Below the pieces are notes generated by a model. It was not told the DNA's origin and did not search any database. It saw nothing but the letters and a program-made list of their open reading frames with translations. Below, piece by piece: positions 39,991 to 51,885 of a stretch of DNA of 64,000 nt. The translations under genes were made by a program, and so were the position numbers. Location: NCBI GenBank assembly GCA_028534125.1, contig CM052818.1, forward strand, positions 808,001-872,000, read 5' to 3'. Numbering within the stretch: the first letter of the stretch is position 1; every line of letters starts with the position of its first letter. Source of the stretch: Lama glama. Lineage: Eukaryota.

Positions 39991-41039
39991 CTTATGAGGA
40001 ACAAATGGAGGTGATACAGATGAAAAAGATTGATTAATGTCCACATTAGAATGATCTACCTGTGAAAAGAGATTAAAAATAAAGTAAGATTCATTTTACA
40101 CTTCATCCGCTAAAAAAAAAACAACTCTCATTTTTACGCAAATAAGTACTAAGCATTTACACCAGCTCTTTAAGATCATATTCTCAACTCTCCTGAATTC
40201 ATATACAGGTCATATTTTATTTGTTTAACTCCAAGAGGGCTCTACAAATTATTCTGAGGATTTGGCAGTCTGCTTGTATAGAATATTACAGATAGGAGAC
40301 CTATAAGTGTTCTATTACTCAGAAGTTTAGTCCTTTCAATAGTGTGATCATTGCAGGATTTGAAATATGGTAATATTCTTAACAAGCTCAAGGATTTTTT
40401 TTTTAAGAGAGATGTGTTATGGGAAGACAAGAGGAAAAGGAGGGAAGGGAGAAAAGGAATATTTTCAAGAAATCCACAAATGTTTAGAAGAAAAATAAAA
40501 GCATCAAAGAACTGTATCTGTGATCAGTTACCAAAAAACAAGTCCTAAAATTTCTTGAAGCAAAAGTAGTGGGAAATATAAACTAATGAAGTAAAGGTTA
40601 AATGCTGAAAAAGAAGCTCTTGAAATTTTACCACATCCCAATTAAGTTCTTGCTAAAAAAGAAATTAGAAACTATTATTAGTGATGCTGGTACATAAACA
40701 TACACAACTTTTCAACAAATTCACAGTTATACTCTCATATAAAAACAATACACCACTTTTATGTTTATTTTCCTAAAATGGTTATTCCAGGATTCCTTCT
40801 CAGGAGAGAGTCTAAAAATGTACATAATTATACATTTTTCTACCCTTTTATAAAGTTTTTTTCACTGTATAGTAATTAACATTCTTTTTTTTAAATTTTA
40901 TTTTTATTGAAGTATAGTTGATTTACAATGTTAGTTTTAGATGTATAGCAAAGCAATTCAGTTAGTAATGAACATTCTCCAGAAGCTAGCAGGATGTAGA
41001 AATACTCTAATTCTACTGCCCATACAGGTTTCTCTAGAC

Positions 41040-41281
41040 CCATGGTTCTGAACTGGGAACAATTTTGCACTCTCCCACCTTCCCCCGCCCCTGCCACCAA
41101 GGAACATGTGGCAATGCCTGGAGATATTTTTCACTGTCATTAACTTTAGTGGGGGAATGCAGCTGATATCTAGTGAGTAGAGGCCAAGGATGTTGCTAAA
41201 CATCCTAAAATGCACAAAACAGCATCCCCACAAAAAAAGAATTATCCAATCCAAAATGACAACGATGCAGAGAAGCCCTGC
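41040..41281 (+). mobile_element. MER20-like hAT MITE
   Basis: tggcaatgcctggagatatttt...gtagaggccaaggatgttgctaaacatcctaaaatgcaca...gagaagccctg. Confidence 0.8.
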
Positions 41282-41362
41282 TGCAAACATAACACAAAGT
41301 TCTTAGTTTTGAATTATCCCACTGCTGAAGGAGATGTTTTTGAAGTGCAGCTCATTAACATA

Positions 41363-41598
41363 CAACTTACCCTTGAACAACACAGGCTGAACTACTCAGG
41401 TCCACTTATACATGGACTTTTTTTAGTAGTAAATAGTACAGCACTACATGATCCAAGGTTGGTTGAATCTGTGGATGCAGAAGAACTGAGGATATGGCAG
41501 AACTGGGGATACAAGGAGCCAACTGTAAGTTACATGTGGATTTTCAACTTCAGAGAGGATCAGTGCCCCTAACCCCCATGTTATTCAAGGGTCAACTG
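41363..41598 (+). mobile_element. Tigger2/MER8-like MITE
   Basis: TA-caacttacccttgaacaac ... gttattcaagggtcaactg-TA. Confidence 0.8.
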
Positions 41599-44500
41599 TA
41601 TAGATCACATACATGATAGGTAAGATACTTGCGTGTGTGCACAAGCACACTGTTTTTAACAGCAGTTTTTCCCTAAAGCTGCCACATGTAGGGAAAACAA
41701 CTTCTATTCCAATCTTGCCGTCAATAAAGTTTCATTATATCAAAGCTTCAAAATATATAGATATCAGAGTAGGTAATAAAAAAAGAAAATGCAGAATGAA
41801 AAAGATGAGATATATTTATTTAAGAGATCAACAGGTGTTTATCACTAGTTGAAAACATGAGGAGTCAGGAGGGAAAAATAAAATCAAGATTGGTCTATCT
41901 CCCAGTTTTTAATCAATAATGAAGACAGAATCAAAGACAAGGAAGAAACCAAGAAATGCTAACACCTCTATAAGAACTGGGAATATCTACAAGTCATTCT
42001 GATTTTAGGTAAAAGATGTTATCCCAACATAAGCAAGGTGAATCCGAGGTGATGGGAATATTTACAAGAAAATTTCATGCAAGATAGCATGTAAGTCTAC
42101 CCAGGAAAAATATAAGGGTCTGAAAATAGACGTGTTAGCCATCCACAGAGAACAGAATTTAAAGGTTGAGAGGAAACTAGGTCTTTGGGAGGGAGTGAGG
42201 AACCAACAAAACAAAAAAAAATCTAAGGAGTCAACTTTAAATAATATTTAGAGTTACACAGCCAAAATAAGGCATACTAAAACATTATTTATTAGAGAGG
42301 CTAAAACAATGTAATATGCTGCTACCAGACCAAGGAGAGAGAAAGAACAAAACAACAAATGAGAGTAGAAATTCCTGGTAAGAGTCTAGTAGTCTAGCTT
42401 CAATAAAGTGAAGGGAAGTAACAGACTGGCACTACGTAAGAGCTATATACCTTACCCCATTTAATATGATAATGTATGAGGTTGATTATCACTGTTCCTA
42501 TTTCTTTATGTAGATGAGGAAGGAGAGTGATCCTCTAAAATCATTCACCCAAGATACAAGGCTAACAAAGCACCTAAGCAGGGTTTTGACTCCCAATCTC
42601 CATGCTCTTTTCATAGCCCCAAGCTACATCATATATAAGTAGATAACCAAATAATCATTTAGTGGATGATGGGTAGGTATCAACGTGAGGCAAACAAGTA
42701 TGAATGACTCTTCAGAGACACAGATGAGAATAAGGAAGAAACCAAAGAGTAGGCAAGCCTCGTGAGATCAAGCTGAGCCATGCAGGAAGATGACTGCCAT
42801 ATCTGGCTCCTTGCTTCCCTAATAACAGCATTACATCACTACCAGACAATAGACCAGAGCTAAGAGTGAGAGACAATATAGAGAACTTCATCCTCCCTGA
42901 ACTGAAAAATATCCTTAAAGCTACAGTTAAGGGCAAATAAAATTTGGAAATGTGTCAGAGTTCATCTCTCAACACATCACTATTAACAGAATATATATCT
43001 TCATTCCTTTCAATACATTTTATATATATGAAAAGCTGAGGTAACTTACAAAAGTACACTATCAAAAAATTAGAAACTTGTAAGTTTAAATATGATTAAC
43101 ACTGCTGTATTTTATACATAAAAGCTATTTAGAGTAAATCTTAAGAGTTTTCATCACAAAGAAAAAAATTTTTTTCCTATTTCTTTAATTTTGTATCTAT
43201 ATGAGATGACAGATGTTAACAAAACTTACTGCAGTAATCATTTCATGATGTATGTTAAGTCAAAACATTATGCTGTATCCCTTAAAATTTTACTGTGCAA
43301 TGTCAATTATATCTCAACAAAACTGTAAGAAAAAAAGAAACTCTAACTTTAAAACTGATACTTTGTTTCTCATTCTTATTAAAACTGACTTTGACCAATC
43401 TCCTTCAAAACCTTCACTCTTGCCAAAATAATGCAGTATCTCGGCTTTGGTTTCACTGAAGAACAGTTAAACAGATAGGACGTTTATGGTGTGATGGTTA
43501 AGGATACAGATAAGGTTAGTTTCAAGTACTCTTTCCTCTACTTGCTAAATGATCATGAGCAAGTTTCCTTAACTCTAAGTATCAATTGTAAAATGGGGAT
43601 GATAATAATTCCCAATGAGCCTCCTGACAGGACTGCCAAAAAGACTAAATGAACGGAGGCATACAATGAGTAAACCTCTCAGCATCAGAGCACAGAGTGC
43701 TAGCTCTCATTTTCACCCCCACTGTTATTAGATTGAAAAATAGAATTAAACATTGTCTAGAATGTTCACTACATTAAAAATTTTTAATATGTTCAATAAA
43801 CTGTAAATAAAAAGGAAAAGTTCATCACACTATCTTTGTTCATTTTCTAACTACTTGAACCTAAAGGTCGAAATATAATTGCAACCCAAACTAGTAGCTT
43901 TTCAACAACATACAAATCTTATTCATGGGAAAACAGGAAAAGGAAAGTAACATTAAGAACACCGCATACATTGTCTAACTGTATTTAATGACAACAGAAT
44001 GTAAAGATATATTACCAAGAAGTGGGACCCAGGTTGGAACTGAAAGTATCAGACATAACAGGATGGGCAATGGGACCAGAAGAATATTAAAGTCAAGGGA
44101 TCCCAGGATCCAGGCAAAAGAAGCCTTGTATAAAAGAAAATTTTAACTTCAAGATACCTCTGAAGTCAAATCTTTCAGAAGCTTCTGAAAAGAAATACCT
44201 GCATTATTACAGGGGATTCCAAGGCCTGTACATTGAAGGCCAGAGGGAAAAAAAGCCCAAATGAATGCCTCCATAAGTGAGTCTTATCTTAACACCACCC
44301 CGAAGGTTCTTGATGGCACAATTTGGAAGAGTTAGGATGCCTCAGGATGAAAGGCCTGGGAGCTCCAAAGGGTGTCCTTTTCCAAAGCACTACAGAACTC
44401 ACCAAGTCTCACGGTCTACGAGACACGTTTCTTTTAGGCTGACCTCTAACAAATTAATGTAGCATATCCCTGGATATCAGATGAAGACTAGATTACACTT

Positions 44501-44604
44501 CACAACTTGGTATTAAGGGATATAAATAATCCTTTACTTTCTCATTTTTCAACTAAAATACTTCCTTCCCTAACGCATAAGAAATACCAAACAGAAAAAC
44601 TTAC

Positions 44605-44754
44605 AGGCTCCTCAGATTCACTCTCTTCCTTGGATGGTAGCTGTACCGTAGACTGCCAGTGCAGGGAGCTGTCACAAATCTCTAGATCATCAAGCAAAGT
44701 CTCTAAACCTGCTAGCTCAATGCACTCACCGCGCAAGTCACCTTGGTCACATAT
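44605..44754 (-). CDS. ALMS1: Candidate additional ALMS1 cassette exon between exons 6 and 7, 150 nt, phase 0-0
   Basis: Long pyrimidine tract (ttactgtactttttactattccccag|), donor CCT|gtaagt, and 50 open codons ICDQGDLRGE...KEESESEEP. Confidence 0.5.
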
Positions 44755-44860
44755 CTGGGGAATAGTAAAAAGTACAGTAAAAACAAATAACAACACCATT
44801 TCCTGAAACAATACTGGAAAAGACCTTGCCTCCCCCCAACTATCATTTTTATTGTCTCAC

Positions 44861-44979
44861 CTCTCTTTGTAGTCCAGCAACTCTTTCGCTGCATTCAACA
44901 GCATTTTCATCTAGGCTACAGCATTCAGTATCATCATCCAGAGTATAGATGTCAGATTCAGCCTTCCCCTGCAGGCCCT
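44861..44979 (-). CDS. ALMS1: ALMS1 coding exon (exon 6 equivalent), 119 nt
   Basis: tattttgtag|AG GGC CTG CAG...AGA GAG|gtgaga. Encodes GLQGKAESDIYTLD...ENAVECSERVAGLQRE. Confidence 0.9.
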
Positions 44980-46521
44980 CTACAAAATAGGAGTCATTTT
45001 GCATAATTGTATGTATAGTAAAAACGGACTTGGCTCCCACAGGCTGGGGGATTTCACCTTGGCCTACATCAGCTTTCAGCAATGTCTCTTGGCCGACTGC
45101 AATTAATGATGATGCATCACTGATCGCTGCTAAAGCACCCTGTGACTGTGCATCACACACCGCCAAGTTTGCTGAAAAGCTGCTTCCTACAGCTGCAGAT
45201 GGACTTTCAGTGATGTTACTAGAATTTACATTTTTACCCAAGATACAGCTTGAGGAATCTGCAACTTCTTCAAAGGTTTGCTGCTTTAAATCTTGTAAAC
45301 CCAAAGAATCTGAAGTCCATACTTTCATTGGATAAATAATGTCTGAAGATCCTAACGTCTCTGCAAGGTCAAGAGCAGAAGCAGATTTTATCTTCCCAAT
45401 GGGAAGAAACGGTTCGTTGTCTGTATCGTACTGAAATAAAGCTGACTGTGTTTTGCCATGACCAAAAGCCTGTCCGTGAGATTTTTCACTTAAAGAAGAT
45501 GACTTACACTCTGGAATAAGAGAAAGTGGCTTAATGACTATTTCCTGAGGAGCATTCAGGAATGATTTTAAATTAGGATGCCAGTACAGGGAGCTATCAC
45601 CATCATCCTTTTTATACAACAGTGATTTTGAAGCTGCTGGTTCAAACACCCCAGGAGTAGACTGATAGCGTGGGTGATTAAGTTTATCAAAGAAAGAATT
45701 TTCAGCATAATCTAATAGGGAAAGATCTGAACTATCTGGTTCACTTTCTAGGCTGTCATTTGTTAAAAATCTTTCAACGTCAGTTTGGACATCATTTACT
45801 GAACTCACCTTCTCAAAAGGCTCAATGGAGGCAATAACTGCCTGAAAGGCTACACTTTCAGAAGCATCAGCGTTTTTCCCACCAAAAGCAGAAGGTGCCT
45901 CTTGATTTCTTTCTTCTTGAAAATTTAGCTGTTCTGATGTTTTATCCAAGTTGGATTTAACAGTCTGAAGAGGACCACCTGAAACCTCCATCTTAGAGGT
46001 ATCATGCCCCCTGGACAGTATACGTTCTTCTGAACGATCAGGAACTACAACATTCTCAATATACTGTATTTCTGAAGATCTGGGATGTACCTCTGAAAAT
46101 ACTAAAGTATTTCCAGTTTCCTTTAATTCAAAACATTGCGATAATTCTTTCCCCAGATCTTCTTCATTTCTTTCATAACCCTCCAAAGAATCCATTTTTT
46201 GTTTCACCTCATTCTCAGTGGGAGCCCTCAAATAAACACTCTGAAAATTATGATTATCAGGCATTAAGGGAACACCTTTTCCTCCTCTTTCCAACAAACA
46301 AGGAAAGAAAGAATGTGACACTTTATTATTAAAATGAGGAGCAACTTCATGTGGAAAAGAAACATGGTCCTTACTCATTACACATATTTCTGGATGGTGT
46401 GAAGCTCCCTGTTTGCTCCATGGCATACATGAAAAAGGGTCGCTAAGATTGTCACTTCCCTTAGGAGTTTTATTTTGATCAATTGTGTCAGATGAATCTG
46501 AATAGGAACCATAGTCCTTAC
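44980..46521 (-). CDS. ALMS1: ALMS1 intron 5 equivalent that is fully open and in frame (candidate exitron / retained coding intron, 514 codons)
   Basis: GT...AG bounded, 1542 nt = 514 x 3. No stop in the exon 5/6 frame (lies inside ORF 44849..46720). Confidence 0.65.
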
Positions 46522-46790
46522 TGGTTAAATGTTTTTCTGACTGTTGTAAAGCTTCCTGTTTCCAATACTGCACATATAAACCAGAAGCATTAAAACTGTC
46601 ACTTCCTTTAGGAATTATGTATTCATCACTTGTATCGGATGCAGTTGAAAAAGAAACTTGATCTTTATCAGCTAAATTGGTTTCTGGCTCCTGTATAACT
46701 TCTTGTGTCTTCCATGACATATATGAACAAAAAGCATCATAACTATCAGAGTCTTTGGGGGTTTTCAGTTCATCAAGCGTATTAGATGAG
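46340..46790 (-). repeat. Three-copy 147-nt (49-aa) coding repeat spanning the exon 5 donor
   Basis: PKDSD/PKGSD/PKGSD anchors at 46745, 46598 and 46451 are exactly 147 nt apart, each followed by W..Q...E....KD..S. Confidence 0.8.
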
Positions 46791-46997
46791 ACAATCTCTT
46801 CTTTAGTCCCTTGTTCAGGAGGTAAAAAAGAGTGCTGAGACCCAACAGCTGTACTACGGGTAAGTGGGCGCTGAGATACACGAAAGCAACTGTTACCTAA
46901 GTCTGAAGCTACATCTGAGGCTGCCTGGAATAAAGCTTCACTAACTTCCGATGGTCGAGAAAACCATTCAGTGTCTTCAGGCTTACCAGGAATTTCC
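46522..46997 (-). CDS. ALMS1: ALMS1 coding exon (exon 5 equivalent, short form), 476 nt
   Basis: ttttcag|G GAA ATT CCT...TTA ACC A|gtaagg. Encodes EIPGKPEDTEWFSRPSEVSEALFQA...MSWKT...EKHLT. Splicing to 44979 rebuilds the human-like junction LTKGLQGK. Confidence 0.9.
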
Positions 46998-48129
46998 CTG
47001 AAAACATACAGTTAAAAATAAGTAAGTAACACATTAAAAACATTTATTTTTTAAAATACTAACATGAAAATATATAAACTGATATGACTGATATGTCACT
47101 GAAATCGGGGTTATTTGAAAAGTATGCTGAAAAACAAAGTCCTAATTTCAAATCCTTTTAGGGTGGCTATTGTGTGAACAAAGCAAATTTTTTGTAAAAA
47201 GAGGGTGAACTACCATCCTATGATTCTGATATTTTCTCAGGCTTCTCTCAAAACAATATTGCCAAAAAACAATTCTTTAAATAAAAAATTCAAACTATTT
47301 AAAATGTTTAACTTATCATCTATCATAATTTAATATTCACTTAACCTGCATTAATTCTTTTACTAGTCATTTATTATGCTCTTGAAAACCAGTGAGGAAG
47401 TGATCTATTTCCAAAACAGTAAACCTCATCGTTGGTTGACTACTGCGTACAGAAGACTTTTCATAAAAGTAATTTTAAAGCAAACATACTATAAAGGCAG
47501 AGGTTTTTACTCTGTAAGTGTTTATAGTTTTTAATTTAAGGTGTCTTTTTCTTTTTAAAAGAGGAAAACATATTCTTGGAGAATTCCAAATATGCTTTGG
47601 AGAATTCCAGACTTGTCTCCCATTATGACAAAAGGGCATTAATCTGGAATAACTGTTAATTTGGATATGTCTATTAGAAAACTAGTGTTACTCCATAGTC
47701 ACCTCTCCTACAACGTAAGGAGGTAACTAGGGTCACTCGATATCAAGTGACAACAATGAGAGTGCCAAACAAGTCAGTGACCGTGAAATGAATGCTTTTT
47801 ACAAAACGGGAATGGGCTGATGGGCAGCAAAAGGGGAGACATATAAGGAAAAAAATTCAGTGTGCCTTCTAAATTAAAATATGCCTAAAATGCTAGAATA
47901 TATTCGTTTTAAACAAACTACAGTCACCTGGCTCATTATTACACTTATGTTACTATGTCCAATTAATACGCATCATGTCTTAGGGCCTTGTTACCTTCAG
48001 AGTATGTGCTGAGAATATCCAACTCTCACCCCAAAGTCTCACCTGAAGTCATTAATATTAGCAACAACTTAGAACAAGAAAAGAAAGAGTAGAAAGGTTA
48101 CGTGCAAATAGAAGACTAAATCATCCTAC

Positions 48130-48247
48130 CTCAGAGGTGCAAAGTCTAGTTCACTTTGGTGAAATAAGGAATCAGGCCCAAACTCTGGATCTTTTGTCAA
48201 ACATGTCAACAAAGGCAAATCAGGAGAAGCAAAACTGTCTTGTATGA
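48130..48247 (-). CDS. ALMS1: ALMS1 coding exon (exon 4 equivalent), 118 nt
   Basis: ttgcag|TC...CTG AG|gtagga. Encodes (V)IQDSFASPDLPLLTCLTKDPEFGPDSLFHQSELDFAPL(R). Too short for the ORF track; translated by hand. Confidence 0.93.
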
Positions 48248-48629
48248 CTGCAAAGGTTCAAATATAAAAATGTTGGGAACACTGAAAATTGTTTAGCTTA
48301 TGTAATATTTTAAAGGTCCTAAATATGCTGCCATCTGGAAATTTCTACAGGCATTATGATGATAACATAACAGCAGCAGTAGCAACTACCATTTAGTAGA
48401 TCCAGGCACTTAACATACAATATTTCATTTAATTCTCATGGCAACCTCTGATCCAATGCTGAAATCATTCTATTAGAGAATTTTCCTTGACATTTTGCTG
48501 TGACATAATGCTCATTTTTTTTTTTGCTATACAGCCTTTCCACTATTAAATGACTCTATAAGAAAGTTCTTTCTTACACCATGTTGAAAACAGCCTCCCT
48601 ATAAGTTATGTATTCTTATTGTAACCACC

Positions 48630-48822
48630 AGACTAGGAATTAGCAAACTTTTTTATGAAAGGTCAGCTAGTAAATGTTTTAGGCTTTGTTGATCATATAT
48701 GGTCTCTGTTCCATATACTCCTTTCCTTTGTTCTTACAATCCTTTAAAAATGCTGCAATCATTTTCAGCTGAGGGACAGTACAAAATCAGGCCTTAGCCT
48801 GTAGTTTTCAGATTCCTGCTCC
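48630..48822 (+). mobile_element. MER58A-like hAT MITE
   Basis: agcaaacttttt...tagtaaatgttttaggctttg...gcctgtagtttt...cctg. Confidence 0.7.
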
Positions 48823-50041
48823 AGACCATTATAATACTCATCCCATGGTACTGTTATTTTCCTTTTACTGGATTGTCTTCCCAAAAGAGGAAGTACCTTT
48901 CATCCACAGAGCCCTAGTGTCAAACACACAACAGGCACTTAGATATTTGTTAAATAGATGAACAAATGAAAAATAAGTTGCTTCCTCTTTAGCGTGACAG
49001 TCCTTCAAACAACTGATCATAGCAAAATCTTCTCTTTCAACTACCATCATAGTTATCTCCTCCCACAAAGGAACTCTAATGTTATCAACATCTTTTTTAA
49101 AATATGAAACTAACGTTGACTTTGATGATCCGCATCACTGAATACACTGACACTAACATTTTTATTTGGATAGCATTTGTTTGTGTTTGAAAGAACTTGT
49201 TGAATTAACTCCTAACTCACGCTCCTCTATAAAACTCTGACAAGAAAATTCATGTAATCCCATTCCCCTGAAAAAGGTGATTTCTAGAATATGTGGTTGT
49301 TGCATTTTCTTCAAGTTTTGCAAATAAACATTTGAAGAAACTAGAAGGAAAAACAAAATAATATTTGCCTGAATTATGCTTTAGGAATTAAAAAGCTGAA
49401 ATTGAAATATCAACTAAGTATTCTTATACATCCGCAATAATCCAAAGTAGTGCCACAACAATTCTACCGCCTACCATGATGATTTGCAAAATACTTAGTT
49501 TATCTTTCATAAACAACTCATCAATCAGTTCCATACTAAACAGAAGAAAGAAGGAAGATCTTCTTCAAGCAAGTCATTTAACCTCTTCATCTCAATGTTT
49601 GGGTCTGAAAACTTAGGATAATAATGTACGTCTTAGCTAATTTTAAGAATCTAATGAGGTAAGCATGAACAATGTTTTTGATTGTTTTTTTAAAGATCAT
49701 GGAGCCTCCACCGCTGAGAGAAGTAGTCAAAGGATAATATATGGTTTACCCCAAGAAAAACTCCAAAAATTCAGGATCGAGGAAGCTACCCACTAGAGAG
49801 GGAGTTATTACCTTTGTACCTTCTGAGAGCAACAGGGAGTGATAAAATGAGAAACAACTGCACATTTAACATAACTAGACCAGCTGGCCAGTGTAGAAAA
49901 CTAGAAATAAGGTAATACCTTTGAGTACAGTTCTACAGAGCTACTCAACTCAAGAAAGGATTTAGATGTAAGATTTGCAGTCCCCCAGAAATATTTACAA
50001 ATGTGAGGTATTACCATTAGTTAAAGATAAAGAAGCATTAC

Positions 50042-50237
50042 CTAGCAATGGCGAACATAGCAGATCTCTGTCGTGCTCCTTCACTTGATTTTCTGATTGG
50101 GTCAGTGTACCTTCCTCAAGAGAGGGAAAGTCTGTCACTTCAGTCCCTTCCTCTCTCACACTAAACCTGGTCTGGGTTGTATCCAAGGTGTGGGAAGAAT
50201 CCGTTTCTTGAGGAAGAAGATGCCAAGATTCTGTTCT
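50042..50237 (-). CDS. ALMS1: ALMS1 coding exon (exon 3 equivalent), 196 nt
   Basis: ccttag|AGA...CTA G|gtaatg. Encodes RTESWHLLPQETDSSHTLDTTQTRF...TDFPSLEEGTLTQSENQVKE...CSPLL. Confidence 0.93.
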
Positions 50238-50859
50238 CTAAGGCAGTAATTTTGAAGGAAAACATGCTAAATCAGTAACTGAGTTACCACACATATTAAC
50301 ATTTAGATTAAAAATGTGCACTCATATAGCATATAGCTTCCTGTTTCACAGCATTCTTATCAGAATTTGGAGAAAGTAAAGCTGTTCTTTCCAGGTTTTT
50401 CACAGTATTAGTAAGATTTTAGACCTTTTCCCATTGCTACCCATCTGTTAACATGTTGAAGCACTGGTGTTTCTGCTGTTCTTTAATACTTGCTTCTCAT
50501 TATTAAAATAATAAATTTGGTTCTTCATGATGAAATCTTACAATTTGATAATATAATAAAACTGAAGAAAGTTTTCCAAACCTAAAGCTACAATATTCTC
50601 TACATATGACTACTTTACTGAATTCTTACTAGCTATCCTAGGTTCTAGTGGACTTCTCTGTACATAACATCATATAGTTCATGAGAAGTAAGTGGTAATT
50701 TGTCTCTTTCAAATGTCTACTCTTAAATTAGAGGCATGATTCAGAACAATGCTTCTCAAAATATCTATGGGAAGGATCAATTTTGCTTACTTCCAGTTCA
50801 TCACAGACTGACATTAAAAGATTAATAAAAATTAATAGGTAACAAGTAAATGATAGGCA

Positions 50860-51388
50860 AGAGATTAATTTGCGAAAGTATACAAACAGCTCATACAATG
50901 CAGTAACAAAAAAACAAATAACCCAATCCAAGTATGGGCAGTAGACCTAAGTAGATATTTCTCCAAAGAAGACATACAGAAGGCTAATAGGCACATGAAA
51001 AGATGCTCAACAGGGCTAATTATCAGAAAAATGCAAATCAAAACTACAATGAGGTATATCACCTCACACCAGTCAGAATGGCCATCACTAAAAAGCCTAA
51101 AAATAATAAATGCTGGAGAGGGTGTGGAGAAAAAGGAACCCTCCTACACTGCTGCTGGGAATGTAAATTGGTGCAGCTACTATGGAGAACAGTATGGAGG
51201 TTCCTTAAAAAACTAAAAATAGAACTACCATAGGATCCAGTAATCCCACTCCTGGGCATATACCCAGAGAAAACTCTAATTTGAAAAGATACATGTACAC
51301 CAATGTTCAGAGCAGCACTCTTTGTAATAGCCAAAGCATGGAAGCAACCTAAGTGCTCACTGACAGATGAATGGATAAAGAAGATGTG

Positions 51389-51430
<42 letters not shown>

Positions 51431-51885
51431 CAGACTACTACTCACCCATAAAAAAGAATGAAATGCCATCGGCAGCAACATGGATGGACCTAGAGATTAC
51501 CATACTAACTGAAGTCAGACACAGAAAAACAATAATCATATGATATTGCTTGTATGTGAAATCTAAAAAAATGATACCACTGAACTTACAAAACAGAAAC
51601 AGATTCACAGATGCAGGACAAAAACCTATGGTTATCAAAAGGGGGATGGGGTGGGTAGCGATAAATCTGGAATTTGGGATTAACAGATACAAACTATTAT
51701 ATATAAAATAGATAACCAACAAGGATCTACTGTATAGCACAGGGAACTATATTCAATATCTTGTAATTACCTATAATAGAAAAAAATCTGAAAAAGTATA
51801 TGTATATAAAACTGACATCACTTTCCTGTACACATGAAACATTGTAAATCAACTATGCTTCAATTAAAAATATATATATAAAAGA
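50860..51885 (+). mobile_element. 5'-truncated L1 3' end with an internal (AC)n at ~51391-51427
   Basis: [21 protein letters not shown] peptide and a full 3'UTR. Confidence 0.88.

Noticed and set aside
44158..44190. 27-nt phase-0 microexon candidate (KLLKDLTSE) overlapping an 18-bp palindrome tttcagaagcttctgaaa
   Set aside because: The donor (gtatct) is weak and the segment is short enough to occur by chance; no independent support.
44395..44450. Strong minus-strand donor TTG|gtgagt suggesting another exon
   Set aside because: The nearby acceptor is weak, there is a stop in phase 0, and the length is not frame-preserving.
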